This document shows positions 19,511-29,184 of a stretch of DNA of 64,000 bases, piece after piece. The notes beneath the pieces are model-generated. The model was not told the DNA's origin. It saw nothing but the letters and a program-made list of their open reading frames with translations, and ran no database searches. This DNA comes from an uncultured Fibrobacterota bacterium (lineage in GTDB: Bacteria > Fibrobacterota > Chitinivibrionia > Chitinivibrionales > FEN-1185): positions 64,001 to 128,000 of the forward strand of contig CAVSQB010000019.1 in NCBI GenBank assembly GCA_963729895.1. Reading direction: 5' to 3'. Made by a program: the position numbers and the translations under genes. Numbering within the stretch: the stretch's first letter is position 1; every line of letters begins with the position of its first letter.

Positions 19511-22500
19511 ATGAACCCCTATGCATTCTTATCGCTCCTCGGGTTTGTTCTTTGTCTCTCCCTTGGAGCGTTTGTGTTATCGCGAAACCCAAGGCACTAC
19601 ATCAACGGGATGTTCATGGTGTTATGCGTTTCTTTTGCGTATTGGGGGTTTACCGAATACGGGTTGCGCCAGTCCGGATCATTCGGCGAAGCCGCATTCT
19701 GGCTCAGCCTGTTCACGCTGTGGCACCTGTCCCTGGCCATACTGCTCCATTTCACCCTGGTGTTCACCGAAAAGAAGCGCCTGTTGCAAAACCCGTTGAC
19801 CTTTGCAGCCCTCTACGCGCCTGCAGTTGCGTTCATTATTCTTGATTTCTGGAAACCTTTCATGCTCGGGTCGCCCGTCAAGGTATATTGGGGATGGACG
19901 TACACCATCGAGAGGAACACCCTCTATACCATCGATGTGTTATGGGTGTTTGCCATGGGGATTGCGGTGGCGGTCCTTGCGGTCCGGTATTTCTTTTCCG
20001 TTAAGGACCGCATCAAAAAGAAGCAGGCAAAGTATGTTGCGCTGGGACTTCTTATCCCCGTTGTCACCGGCCTCGGCACCTACCTCGCAGAGGTGGGGAC
20101 CGGCCGCCAGGTCCCGGAGTTCACCACAAGCACCTTCGTGCTTGCTGCCATGCTCGTCGGCTACGGCATCTGGAAACACCGGCTGTTTGCGTTTACGCCT
20201 GCAACTGCCGCGGAGAATATCATTTCGACGATGACCGACGGCCTCATCATCGTCAACAACGAAGACGCGATCCGCATGGTAAACGATGCGGCGTGCAGAA
20301 TGCTTTCCGCTTCCAGAGCCGATCTCATGGGAAAACCTCTCGGTTCGATTCTTTCCGACGCAGGGCCAAACCCGGCGCTTTCTGATAGAACCTGGTTCTC
20401 CACCATGCTGTCCGCTGGGTGCATCTCCGACATCCATGTGTCGCTTGCGGCCTCGGACGGCCGCGTGGTGCCGGCGTCGATGTCGGCCTCCACGCTCAAG
20501 GACGACGGCAACGAGATCGTCGGCATGGTGCTCATCTGCCGCGACATCACGGACCGCAGGCGGGCCGAGGAGGCGCTCCGTGCCGCTCACGACGAACTCG
20601 AAACCACGGTCGCCCGGCGCACCGCGGAGCTCGAGCAGCGCAGCGATGAACTCAGGCTTGAGCTCGCCAACAGGATGATGGCCGAAGAAGAGGTGAGAAA
20701 CAGCGAAAAGCGCTACCGCGGGATTGTAGAAGACCACACGGAACTCATCTGCCGCTTCCTGCCCGACACCACACTCACTTTTGTCAATTCGGCCCTGTGC
20801 CGGTACTTCGGCGTAGAGCAGCCAACCCTGGTGGGCAACCCCTTTTTGCCCCTTATCGCAAAGACGGAGCAGGCCGAATTTATGGAGCACCTTGCCGGGT
20901 GCGCGCGCAACAACAAGGCTGCGCCGTTCGAATGCCGCGTGCGCGCCAGGGACGGCGCGGTGCGGTGGCAGCAGCTTATCGTACGGCCCCTGTACGACGA
21001 GTCCGTGACGCTTGCGGAATTCCAGGCCGTGGGCGTAGACATCACCGACCGCAAGGCGGCGGAGGACGCGCTTGAAGCCGAAAAGGAGCGTCTTCTGGTG
21101 ACGCTTGCCAGCATCGGCGACGGCGTCATCACCACCGACACATCGGGAAAGGTTCTGCTCGTGAACAGCGTCGCGGAGCGGCTTACAGGATGGTCTCAGG
21201 CCGAAGCCGCGGGACGGCACATTGACGAATGCCTTTACCTGGTGGACGAGCGGTCCTTGTCGCGCCGCCCGAACCCCGCAGGGGTGATACGTGACACCCG
21301 GGACATTGTCTCCTTCGACGAAGACACGATCCTTGTGACGCGGGACGGCGCCCGGCGCACGGTCTCCTGCGTGGGGGCTCCCATCAAGGAGAAGCAGGGG
21401 CGCGTCATCGGCATGGTGCTGGCGCTGCGCGACAGCACGGACCGCCGCGCCCTCGAAAACGAGCTGTTCAAGGCGCGCAAGCTGGAATCAATGGGGGTCC
21501 TTGCCGCGGGCATCGCCAACGACTTCAGCGTGATCCTGTCCGAAATCATCACGCACCTCTTTGCCGCCAAGATCTACCTGAAGGCGGGCGATGAGGCCTA
21601 CCGCTCCATTACAAACGCGGAAGCGGCCGCGTTCCGCGCAAGCCGCCTTACAAAACAGCTGCTCACCTTCTCCAAGGGCGGCGCTCCTGTCAAGGAGCGC
21701 GCCTCAATCAAGACCCTTATTGAGGATTCGGTGGGCTTTTCGCTGTCGGGTTCCAAGGCCACTTACCGGCTCGACCTTCCCGACAACCTGCCGCCGCTCG
21801 ACATCGACCGGGGCCAAATCGACCAGGCCCTGAGCAATCTGGTGGTAAACGCGGACCAGGCGATGCAGGACGGCGGCACCATAACCATCAGCGCGCGGAA
21901 CATCACCATCGGCGCGAACAGCGAGCGGGCGGACACCCACCTCGTACGGGCCACCAACCTTGAGCCGGGCACGTATGTCTGCATTTCGGTAAAGGACGAG
22001 GGCGTGGGCATTGCCTTGGAAAACCTGGAAAAGATATTCGACCCGTACTTTACGACAAAGCCGAACTGCAACGGGCTCGGACTTGCAACCACGTACTCCA
22101 TTATCAAGAAGCACAACGGGTACATCACCGTGAGTTCGGGTCCCAGCCAGGGCTCGGTGTTCAGCGTGTATCTGCCTGCGGGAGCCGCAAAAAACGACGA
22201 GGCCCCCTCACAGGCGCACCGTGCGGGAAAAATCCGTCTCCTTGTTCTTGACGCGGACGATTCGATCCGGGAATCGGCCGGCGACCTGTTCGGGAAGTTC
22301 GGATGCGAGGCGGATTATGCGGCGCAATGGGACGAGCTCTTTGCCCGGTACAGAACGTCGATGGGATCGTCCAATGCGTTTACGGCGGTCCTTGTCGGCT
22401 GGGACCCGGGATGCGAGGACTACTTGCGCATGCTCGTGAGCATGGACGCCGCGGCACGCGTGATTGTCTGCGGCTGCGGCCCGCGGCTGCCGGACGCCGC

Positions 22501-22615
22501 CGGCCAAAACCGCATGGGCATAGCAGGCAGCGTTTCAAAGCCCTTTACCATTGAGGAATTAAGCGAGGCCTTGCAGAAAGCGGTGAAGGGAAAGGCGGCG
22601 GCGACGGCCACATAG
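19511..22615 (+). CDS. 7TM-PAS hybrid histidine kinase-like protein with degenerate H-box and receiver
   Basis: About 7 TMs, 3 PAS domains (DITDR motifs), intact N/G1/F/G2 boxes; H-box reads GIANDFSV. Confidence 0.9.
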   Translation: MNPYAFLSLLGFVLCLSLGAFVLSRNPRHYINGMFMVLCVSFAYWGFTEYGLRQSGSFGEAAFWLSLFTLWHLSLAILLHFTLVFTEKKRLLQNPLTFAALYAPAVAFIILDFWKPFMLGSPVKVYWGWTYTIERNTLYTIDVLWVFAMGIAVAVLAVRYFFSVKDRIKKKQAKYVALGLLIPVVTGLGTYLAEVGTGRQVPEFTTSTFVLAAMLVGYGIWKHRLFAFTPATAAENIISTMTDGLIIVNNEDAIRMVNDAACRMLSASRADLMGKPLGSILSDAGPNPALSDRTWFSTMLSAGCISDIHVSLAASDGRVVPASMSASTLKDDGNEIVGMVLICRDITDRRRAEEALRAAHDELETTVARRTAELEQRSDELRLELANRMMAEEEVRNSEKRYRGIVEDHTELICRFLPDTTLTFVNSALCRYFGVEQPTLVGNPFLPLIAKTEQAEFMEHLAGCARNNKAAPFECRVRARDGAVRWQQLIVRPLYDESVTLAEFQAVGVDITDRKAAEDALEAEKERLLVTLASIGDGVITTDTSGKVLLVNSVAERLTGWSQAEAAGRHIDECLYLVDERSLSRRPNPAGVIRDTRDIVSFDEDTILVTRDGARRTVSCVGAPIKEKQGRVIGMVLALRDSTDRRALENELFKARKLESMGVLAAGIANDFSVILSEIITHLFAAKIYLKAGDEAYRSITNAEAAAFRASRLTKQLLTFSKGGAPVKERASIKTLIEDSVGFSLSGSKATYRLDLPDNLPPLDIDRGQIDQALSNLVVNADQAMQDGGTITISARNITIGANSERADTHLVRATNLEPGTYVCISVKDEGVGIALENLEKIFDPYFTTKPNCNGLGLATTYSIIKKHNGYITVSSGPSQGSVFSVYLPAGAAKNDEAPSQAHRAGKIRLLVLDADDSIRESAGDLFGKFGCEADYAAQWDELFARYRTSMGSSNAFTAVLVGWDPGCEDYLRMLVSMDAAARVIVCGCGPRLPDAAGQNRMGIAGSVSKPFTIEELSEALQKAVKGKAAATAT

Positions 22616-22690
22616 TTATGAGCCGGATCCGACGCCGCCCCGCCACCGGTGGGAGAGAAAAAAATGGGGTGAGTCGATACTGTGCCCTAA

Positions 22691-22734
22691 CCTCACCCCG
22701 GCCTTCGGCCACCCCTCTCCCCTGGGGAGAGGGG
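22691..22734. repeat. CCCTCTCCC...GGGAGAGGG-type palindromic repeat
   Basis: Hairpin preceded by CCTCACCCC; related copy at 28905-28936. Confidence 0.6.
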
Positions 22735-22755
22735 AATCAAGACAGAACCGGATCC

Positions 22756-23964
22756 TCAGAAACCCTGCAACCCGCAGCACCGTGTGCACACCGGCATCAG
22801 CCCCTTCTGCATTTCGCGTCTGAAAAGCCTGAACTTCTCGCCGTTCCAGATGTCGTAGAACGGCTGGTCGTTGATGTTGCCCGCGGTGTAATCCTGATAA
22901 TCGCGGCAGGGAGTCACGCGGCCGTCAGGAGAGATTTCCGCGATAAAGTAAATGCTCTCGCAGCTCGGGTAGCCGCAGTGCCAAGTGTGATCGGAGTAGT
23001 AGCGCCTGATGTCTTTTTCGGAGGTGATGTCCGGCAGGAATTGCGGCACCGACGGGCGGCCCCGGGAGATCTTTATCACTTCCGCGATTTGCGAAGCGGT
23101 AATCGCCGGGTCAACGTCGTTGAAGCACGATTTAAGGTACCCGCGGTGGTTTCTGGGTTTGTAACCGAACCGCTCCTCAAACACCTTTTCGTGGAGCGCG
23201 GAGCGCTCCTCGGTGATGAACCAGCCGAAGTAGAACGGATGGAGCTGCGTTGTGCCGACAACCAGCCTGTGGATATCGGCAAGGTGCATGTAGTTGTCGT
23301 TTGAAATCACGCTGATGGGAATGATGAGCGGGAAGCGGAGATTCTTTTTCCGCTTGATATCGTGCACCTTGTCGATGATCGCCATGGTCTTCTCGAAATT
23401 CTCTGACGGCTTGCCGCTTGCAGGCGAGCGCATCAGGTTCTGCGACTTCGCGTCCCAGCCGTCGAGGCTGAGGAACAGTACCGATAGCGAGCCCGTGGCG
23501 ATAAGGTCGCCGATGATCGGATCGAGCGCCTGGGCGTTGGTGACGATGGAGCCGAGCAGTTTGTATTTCGCCATTTCCCGGAACAGCGGCACCAGCGGCT
23601 TCCACATGGTAGGCTCGCCGCCCCAGATGTAATAATACGGCTTGTCGCGCCGCGTCTCGAACACGACACGCTTGACAATATCGAAATCGAGCTGTTGGAG
23701 TTTTTCGCCTCTCGCAAGCTTGGCCGTGAGGTGGCCGTTTTCGCCCCACTGGCCGCACGACCGGCACCGCAGGTTGCACACTTCGTTGACGCGAAGCGAA
23801 ATCTGGCCCACCGGGATGTCTTTGTGCCACGCGTGCGGGACCAGGTATTTGCGCACCTGGTGCGGCAGCATGTGCCAGTAGCTGAGGGAGGTGAGGAGCG
23901 AAGGGGCAATTGAGTTCATCACAAACCGGGCGGGAAGTAATGCTTTTCCGTGGAATTTTGCCAT
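22756..23964 (-). CDS. Radical SAM/SPASM-domain protein
   Basis: CNLRCRSC, WGGEP, C-terminal C...ISPDGRVTPC...GNI...IWN...CTRCC. Confidence 0.9.
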   Translation of the reverse strand: MAKFHGKALLPARFVMNSIAPSLLTSLSYWHMLPHQVRKYLVPHAWHKDIPVGQISLRVNEVCNLRCRSCGQWGENGHLTAKLARGEKLQQLDFDIVKRVVFETRRDKPYYYIWGGEPTMWKPLVPLFREMAKYKLLGSIVTNAQALDPIIGDLIATGSLSVLFLSLDGWDAKSQNLMRSPASGKPSENFEKTMAIIDKVHDIKRKKNLRFPLIIPISVISNDNYMHLADIHRLVVGTTQLHPFYFGWFITEERSALHEKVFEERFGYKPRNHRGYLKSCFNDVDPAITASQIAEVIKISRGRPSVPQFLPDITSEKDIRRYYSDHTWHCGYPSCESIYFIAEISPDGRVTPCRDYQDYTAGNINDQPFYDIWNGEKFRLFRREMQKGLMPVCTRCCGLQGF

Positions 23965-23998
23965 GATATGTCTTCTTTCTTTATTACAAGGGGAATCT

Positions 23999-24137
23999 GG
24001 GCGTTCCCTTCGCTTCGCTCCGGTCGGCCCTCCTTCCGGGCTCTGCCTTCGGCTTCGGCGCCGGATCGCCCCAATGCCTATCGGCGGGGTCGACCGGCGC
24101 TGCGCTCCAGCGTACCGCTCCAGTCCTGCCTAACGCG
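23999..24137 (+). repeat. Structured intergenic repeat, copy C
   Basis: GGGCGTTCCC...GGTCGGCCCT...CAGTCCTGCCTAACGCG. Confidence 0.85.
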
Positions 24138-24181
24138 GAAGAAAAAGAACAGATAAAATATTTGCTGCCTGTTATTATTTC

Positions 24182-26107
24182 TCACATTTCACCGAATTCG
24201 GTTAGCTTGCCCTGCAATTCCTCCCACTCGACCACGAGCTTTTCGTTCTTCTTTTTGAGCGTCTCGAACGTCATTGCCGTGTCGTGAAGAAGGCCGTAGT
24301 TGGTCGCGTTTGAAGGATTGTTGAGAACCTCGTCCGCGGACTTCATTTCCGTTTCCGCGGCATTGATGTCCTTTTCGAGTCTCTCGATTTTCCGCTGGGT
24401 CTGCCGTCGTTCTTCTTTCTTCCTGATCCGGTCCTGTTTGGAATCAAGAGCCGACGACGCCTGTTTCTTGTCGGCGGGACCGGCCTCGCCGTCCTGCATG
24501 TACCCGGCCTCAAGGAACGACCGGTACTGCGAAATGGTGCCGGGAAAGTCCCGCACCACGCCGGGCCGCATTTCGATCACGCGGCTTGCTATCTGGGAAA
24601 TAAAGTACTCGTTGTGCGACACAAACACAACGGTGCCGGCGTAATCGGCAAGCGCGTCCGTGAGGATTTCCACGGCCTGCATGTCGAGGTGGTTGGTGGG
24701 TTCGTCGAGCACAAGCACATTGCCGGGCCGCGAAAGAATGGTGGCCAGAACCAGCCGCGAGGTTTCGCCGCCGGACAATACCTTCACCCTCTTGAGGACG
24801 TCGTCGCCGGAAAAAAGAAAGGCGCCCAGCACGTTCTGGATGAAGGTCCTGTCGCCGGAGCCGCTCGCCTGCTGGATGGTTTCGAACAGGGTGCGCTCGG
24901 GGTCGAGCTGCTCCAGCTGGTGCTGGCCGAAGTACCTGATGTCCGCATTGTGCCCCACGACGCAGGCGCCGGCGACAGGGCGAACGAGGCCTGCAAGCAC
25001 CTTGAGCAGGGTTGTTTTTCCGGCGCCGTTCGGCCCCACAACCGCGACTTTGTCGCCGCGGGTAATGGTGAGGCTTATCCTTGAAAACACCGGTACGCCG
25101 TTGTACGCCGTGGAAACATTCTCAAGCTTGAACGGCACCCCGCCGCCCGGACTCGGCGCGGGGAACCTGAAGCGGAGCGTTTTCTGGACCTGGGGAATGC
25201 CGGGCAGCTGCTCTTTGAGATCTTCCACGAATTTTATCCGTGACTGAACCTGCGACGCCTTGGTCGCTTTGGCCCGGAACCGCTCGATGAACCGTTCCTT
25301 TTGCGCAATCTGGCGCTCCAGGTTGGCGCGCGTGCTTTGCTCCGACCTTTCCCGCTCGGCCTTGTACACCAGGTAGGCGTCGTAGGCGCCTTTGTACACC
25401 GTGATGTTCCCGGCGTGCAGCTCCGCGGTGACGGCCGTGGCGCGGTTGAGAAAATCGCGGTCGTGGCTCACCACGATCAGGCCGCCGCGGTAGCGCCGCA
25501 AGAAAGACTCGAGCCACACCAGGGAATCCATGTCGAGATGGTTGGTGGGCTCGTCGAGAAGCAGCATGGACGGCGAGAGCAGCAGCAGCCGCGCGAGCAT
25601 GACGCGCATGCGGTATCCGCCCGACAGGTCCTGCACCGGCCCTTCCCATTTGTCGGCGGGCACGCCCAGGCCGGCCAGGATGGCCTTGGCCCGCGAGGCG
25701 AGCGAAAAGGCGTCCACGTACTCGATCTCGGCCTGCAGCGCATCTATCGTGTCGAGTGCCCGCTTGACGTGCCGGTGGTCTCCCCCGGATGCCGACCGTG
25801 AAGCGGCCTCATACACGTCTTCGTAGGACAGGAGGCGCGAAAACGGTTCGAGCACGATTTCGAGCGGGCTGGCGTCGCGCACCGTTTCCACTTCCTGGGC
25901 CAGATACCCCACGCTGGTGCCTGCGCTCACCGACACGACGCCGCCGTCCGGTTCGTCTTTTCCCACGATGAGCCTGAGCAGGGATGTTTTGCCCGTGCCG
26001 TTTCTTCCGACGAGCGCCACCCGGTCGTCGTCGTAGAAGGAGACGTTCAGGTTGTCGAATACGATCTGGCTGGAGTATTGCTTTCGCACTCCGGTGAGGG
26101 AAATCAT
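24182..26107 (-). CDS. ABC-F family ATPase
   Basis: Two ABC domains (GRNGTGKT, GPNGAGKT, two LSGG, two DEPTNHLD), no TM, C-terminal coiled coil. Confidence 0.95.
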   Translation of the reverse strand: MISLTGVRKQYSSQIVFDNLNVSFYDDDRVALVGRNGTGKTSLLRLIVGKDEPDGGVVSVSAGTSVGYLAQEVETVRDASPLEIVLEPFSRLLSYEDVYEAASRSASGGDHRHVKRALDTIDALQAEIEYVDAFSLASRAKAILAGLGVPADKWEGPVQDLSGGYRMRVMLARLLLLSPSMLLLDEPTNHLDMDSLVWLESFLRRYRGGLIVVSHDRDFLNRATAVTAELHAGNITVYKGAYDAYLVYKAERERSEQSTRANLERQIAQKERFIERFRAKATKASQVQSRIKFVEDLKEQLPGIPQVQKTLRFRFPAPSPGGGVPFKLENVSTAYNGVPVFSRISLTITRGDKVAVVGPNGAGKTTLLKVLAGLVRPVAGACVVGHNADIRYFGQHQLEQLDPERTLFETIQQASGSGDRTFIQNVLGAFLFSGDDVLKRVKVLSGGETSRLVLATILSRPGNVLVLDEPTNHLDMQAVEILTDALADYAGTVVFVSHNEYFISQIASRVIEMRPGVVRDFPGTISQYRSFLEAGYMQDGEAGPADKKQASSALDSKQDRIRKKEERRQTQRKIERLEKDINAAETEMKSADEVLNNPSNATNYGLLHDTAMTFETLKKKNEKLVVEWEELQGKLTEFGEM

Positions 26108-26269
26108 AATCAGGGAAAAATACTTTTTCGGCTCTGCACTCCCGGCAACAAATGCGGGAAACAGCATGTTCCTCGAAAGGGTGCTTTCCCCAGCAGAGTC
26201 GGGAGTTCTCACTATCGTTTCATAAGGGCATGGTAGTGGTGCTTCGCACCATGCATTATGTCGTTTGCC

Positions 26270-26389
26270 CTTTCACTCCCGAGCCCCGACCAAAGGGTGC
26301 TCAGCAGCGAGCACCCCTTGGAACCCCACGCCGGCCCGCAGGGAGAACCGACCCTTGCCTTCGTCAAGACGAAGGCAAGGGGAACGCCC
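26270..26389 (-). repeat. Structured repeat variant D (family 5' half, different 3' half)
   Basis: GGGCGTTCCC-TTGCCTTCGTC hairpin-GGTCGGTTCTCCCTGCGGGC shared with copies F/G/H, then diverges. Confidence 0.75.
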
Positions 26390-26442
26390 GGCATCTCTCC
26401 TTCTTATTGTTAGCAGGGACACCCATGCGTATCTTTTTTAAT

Positions 26443-26457
26443 TGCAACTGACTTGCA
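26443..26457. promoter_or_regulatory. Candidate Zur/Fur-family operator
   Basis: TGCAA-N5-TTGCA palindrome about 40 nt upstream of the Fur-family gene heading a Zn ABC operon. Confidence 0.55.
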
Positions 26458-26498
26458 TTTGCATTAGTTTCTCTTTATCATCCGGCGAAGGGAATACT

Positions 26499-26936
26499 AT
26501 GGGCCGCGCCATCCTGCCCACGACTGCCGAAAAACGAGCCGCATTGCTTCTGGCACAGCGGGGACTCAAGAAAACCGCAAGCCGAGTCAGCGTGCTCGGG
26601 CTCCTGCTTTCCACAAGAAAGCCCCTGAGCCATGGCGAAATCACCGGGGCGATTCCCGGCCTCGACGGGGTGACGGTATACCGCGTGCTGTCGTCCTTTC
26701 TTGACAAAAGCATTGCACACCGGATAGAAACCGAGGGCCATGTCTGGCATTTTGCCGTGTGCCCCTGCGGCCACACGTCGCATTGCCACCCGCATTTTTC
26801 CTGCCGCAAGTGCGGAAAAATCGAGTGCCTTTCCGGCGTGAAGCTGCCCCGCTGGAACCGCGCCAGGACCGGCCGCGTTATCGAGAACCAGGAAATCTAT
26901 CTGCACGGTTTGTGCGCGGAGTGTTCGGTGCGGTAG
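26499..26936 (+). CDS. Fur-family regulator, probably Zur
   Basis: TVYRVL, HPHFSCRKCG and C-terminal GLCAEC; precedes znuACB. Confidence 0.85.
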   Translation: MGRAILPTTAEKRAALLLAQRGLKKTASRVSVLGLLLSTRKPLSHGEITGAIPGLDGVTVYRVLSSFLDKSIAHRIETEGHVWHFAVCPCGHTSHCHPHFSCRKCGKIECLSGVKLPRWNRARTGRVIENQEIYLHGLCAECSVR

Positions 26937-26968
26937 AGAGGCGAAGCCTGCTCCATGGAGATTCCCGG

Positions 26969-27871
26969 ATGAAACAAACATGTATTCTGATTGCCGCGGC
27001 GCTCGTGTGTTTCTGCCGCGGCGCGCCGCATCACGGCCGTCCTTCACAGGAGGGAGTTACGGTCTTTGTGAGCATCCTGCCGCAGAAGTACTTTGTGGAC
27101 CGCATCAGCGGCGGACTCGTCAATTGCCTCGTGATGGTGCCGCCGGGCGCGGACCCGCATTCCTACGAGCCCCATCCGGCGCAAATGGCGCTCTTATCAA
27201 ATGCAAAGGCCTATTTCGCCATCGGCATGGAATTCGAGGCGCCGTGGCTCCCGCGACTCGCCGCGAATGCAACGGGCATGCGCATCGTGCACACCGACAG
27301 CGCCGTGCAGAAAATACCTTCCGTTGACAAAGACGACAGGCCTGCGGGACCCGGACGGACAGACGGGGGCGCCGGGCTCGATCCGCACATCTGGCTGTCC
27401 CCGGCCCTTGTCGAACGCCAGGTTCCGTTGATCGCCGCGGCCCTTGAACAAATCGACGCGGCACACGCGGATGAATACCGGAGGAACTGCGGATCGTTCT
27501 TGCAAAGCATCGATTCGCTCGATCGTGAGCTTCGCGCCGTTCTATCGTGTAGCTCGACCTGCGCGGCCGGAAGCCGCAAGGCCTTTCTCGTGTTTCATCC
27601 TTCGTGGGGCTACTTTGCAAGAGACTATTGCCTGCGGCAGGTTGCCATCGAGGTTGAAGGCAAGGAACCGGGGCCCCGGACCATGAGGAGCATTCTCGAT
27701 TCGGCGCGGATTTTCAAAATACACTCGGTCTTCGTGCAGCCGGAATTCTCGCGTACGAGCGCACAGGTTGTCGCCCGCGAGCTCGGGGCCGGCCTGATCG
27801 ACGCCGATCCGCTCGCGTACGACTGGAAAAACAACCTGCTGTACATGGCGCGAAAGATCGCGGAACAGTAA
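26969..27871 (+). CDS. znuA: Zn/Mn ABC transporter substrate-binding protein
   Basis: DPHSYEP, DPHIWLSP and FHPSWGYF motifs. Confidence 0.85.
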   Translation: MKQTCILIAAALVCFCRGAPHHGRPSQEGVTVFVSILPQKYFVDRISGGLVNCLVMVPPGADPHSYEPHPAQMALLSNAKAYFAIGMEFEAPWLPRLAANATGMRIVHTDSAVQKIPSVDKDDRPAGPGRTDGGAGLDPHIWLSPALVERQVPLIAAALEQIDAAHADEYRRNCGSFLQSIDSLDRELRAVLSCSSTCAAGSRKAFLVFHPSWGYFARDYCLRQVAIEVEGKEPGPRTMRSILDSARIFKIHSVFVQPEFSRTSAQVVARELGAGLIDADPLAYDWKNNLLYMARKIAEQ

Positions 27872-27883
27872 AGGAACGCAGCC

Positions 27884-28681
27884 ATGGAAACCGTACTTTA
27901 CAAACAGGAAGAGGCCGCAGCCAATGCGCCTGTGGTGGAGATAGCCGACGTTTCGTTCTCGTTCGGCGAAGAAACCGTGCTCGCGGACGTTTCCCTCACC
28001 GTAAATGCCGGCGACTTCGTGGGGATCATAGGACCCAACGGCGGCGGTAAAACGACGTTGCTCCGCCTTGCCCTGGGCGTGCTGAAGCCCCACCGCGGCA
28101 GCGTTCTGCTGCTCGGCGGCGCCCCGGAAAAGACCCGCATTCGCGCCGGATACATTCCGCAGGAAACGTCCTCGAACAAATGGTTCCCCATATCCGTGAT
28201 CGACGTCACGCTGATGGGACTGCTTTCACGGCGCAGCATGTTCTCGCCCTACACCGCCGCCGACCGCGAAAAAGCGTCCGCCATTCTCGATGCGCTGAAA
28301 CTGTCGCATCTTGCAAACAGGAGCATCGGCGATCTTTCGGGAGGCCAGCGCCAGAAGGTGCTGCTCGCGCGGGCGCTCGTAGCGGAGCCCCGGATCCTGT
28401 TTCTCGACGAGCCCACCGCTTCCATCGACACCCGCGGCCAGGACGAGATCTACGAGCACCTCATGCGCATCAACAAGGCGGGGACCACGGTGGTGCTGGT
28501 GACGCACAATGTGGGCGCGGTATCGTCGTATATACGTTCGGTAGCGTGCGTCAACAGGCAGTTGTTTTACCATCCGGACGGCGTGCTCGACGACACGACC
28601 ATTGCCGCCGCGTTCGGCTGTCCGGTTGACATCATCGCGCACGGTCTGCCGCACCGGGTGTATCATGCGCACGAACACTAG
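27884..28681 (+). CDS. znuC: Zn/Mn ABC transporter ATPase
   Basis: GPNGGGKTT, LSGGQRQ, LDEPT; His-rich tail. Confidence 0.85.
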   Translation: METVLYKQEEAAANAPVVEIADVSFSFGEETVLADVSLTVNAGDFVGIIGPNGGGKTTLLRLALGVLKPHRGSVLLLGGAPEKTRIRAGYIPQETSSNKWFPISVIDVTLMGLLSRRSMFSPYTAADREKASAILDALKLSHLANRSIGDLSGGQRQKVLLARALVAEPRILFLDEPTASIDTRGQDEIYEHLMRINKAGTTVVLVTHNVGAVSSYIRSVACVNRQLFYHPDGVLDDTTIAAAFGCPVDIIAHGLPHRVYHAHEH

Positions 28682-28732
28682 GAAAAAATTCACCGCAAAG
28701 GCGCAGAGAACGCAGAGAAAACAAGATGTAAT

Positions 28733-28872
28733 TGGATGGCTGAGCCGGAAATATCGATTATCAAATCGATGATAAAATGCTCTTGGATAGCAGTGCCGGG
28801 TGACCCCATTTGCAAGAATCGAATTTCTAGATACAAGTCAAAAGTATCTGGATAGCTGTGCCGGGTGACCCC
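28733..28872 (+). repeat. Short direct-repeat array (TGGATAGCWGTGCCGGGTGACCCC)
   Basis: 24-nt copies at 28784 and 28849 (1 mismatch); degenerate copy at 28733. Confidence 0.6.
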
Positions 28873-29017
28873 GGAGGGGAATTAGCGGCTAGAACCATAG
28901 GAAACCCTCACCCCGCCCTCTCCCGAAGGGCGAGGGAGAAAATATTGAACGAAGATCGTATAGGCACCCTCGGAGAGGTTGGAAATTGACGGTGAAGAAT
29001 TGCATTTTCTTGATTTT

Positions 29018-29155
29018 CGCGTTAGGCCGGACCACAGGGTGCTCTGGAGAGCATTGCCGGTCGACCCTGCCGCAAGGCACAAGGGCGATCCGGCAACGAG
29101 GCGAATAGCCGAGCCCAAAGGGAGAGCCGACCCGAGCGCGGCGAGGGAAACGCCC
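29018..29155 (-). repeat. Structured intergenic repeat, copy E
   Basis: Reverse complement reads GGGCGTTTCCC...GGTCGGCTCT...GTCCGGCCTAACGCG. Confidence 0.85.
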
Positions 29156-29184
29156 ACACATTTATTTTAAGATAAGGCCAACTA

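Noticed and set aside
22756..24137. RiPP system around the radical SAM/SPASM gene
   Set aside because: No precursor peptide, PqqD/RRE domain or exporter is visible; the upstream gap is occupied by repeat C.
28733..28872. CRISPR array call
   Set aside because: Only two good repeats, irregular spacing and no cas genes; kept as an unexplained repeat.
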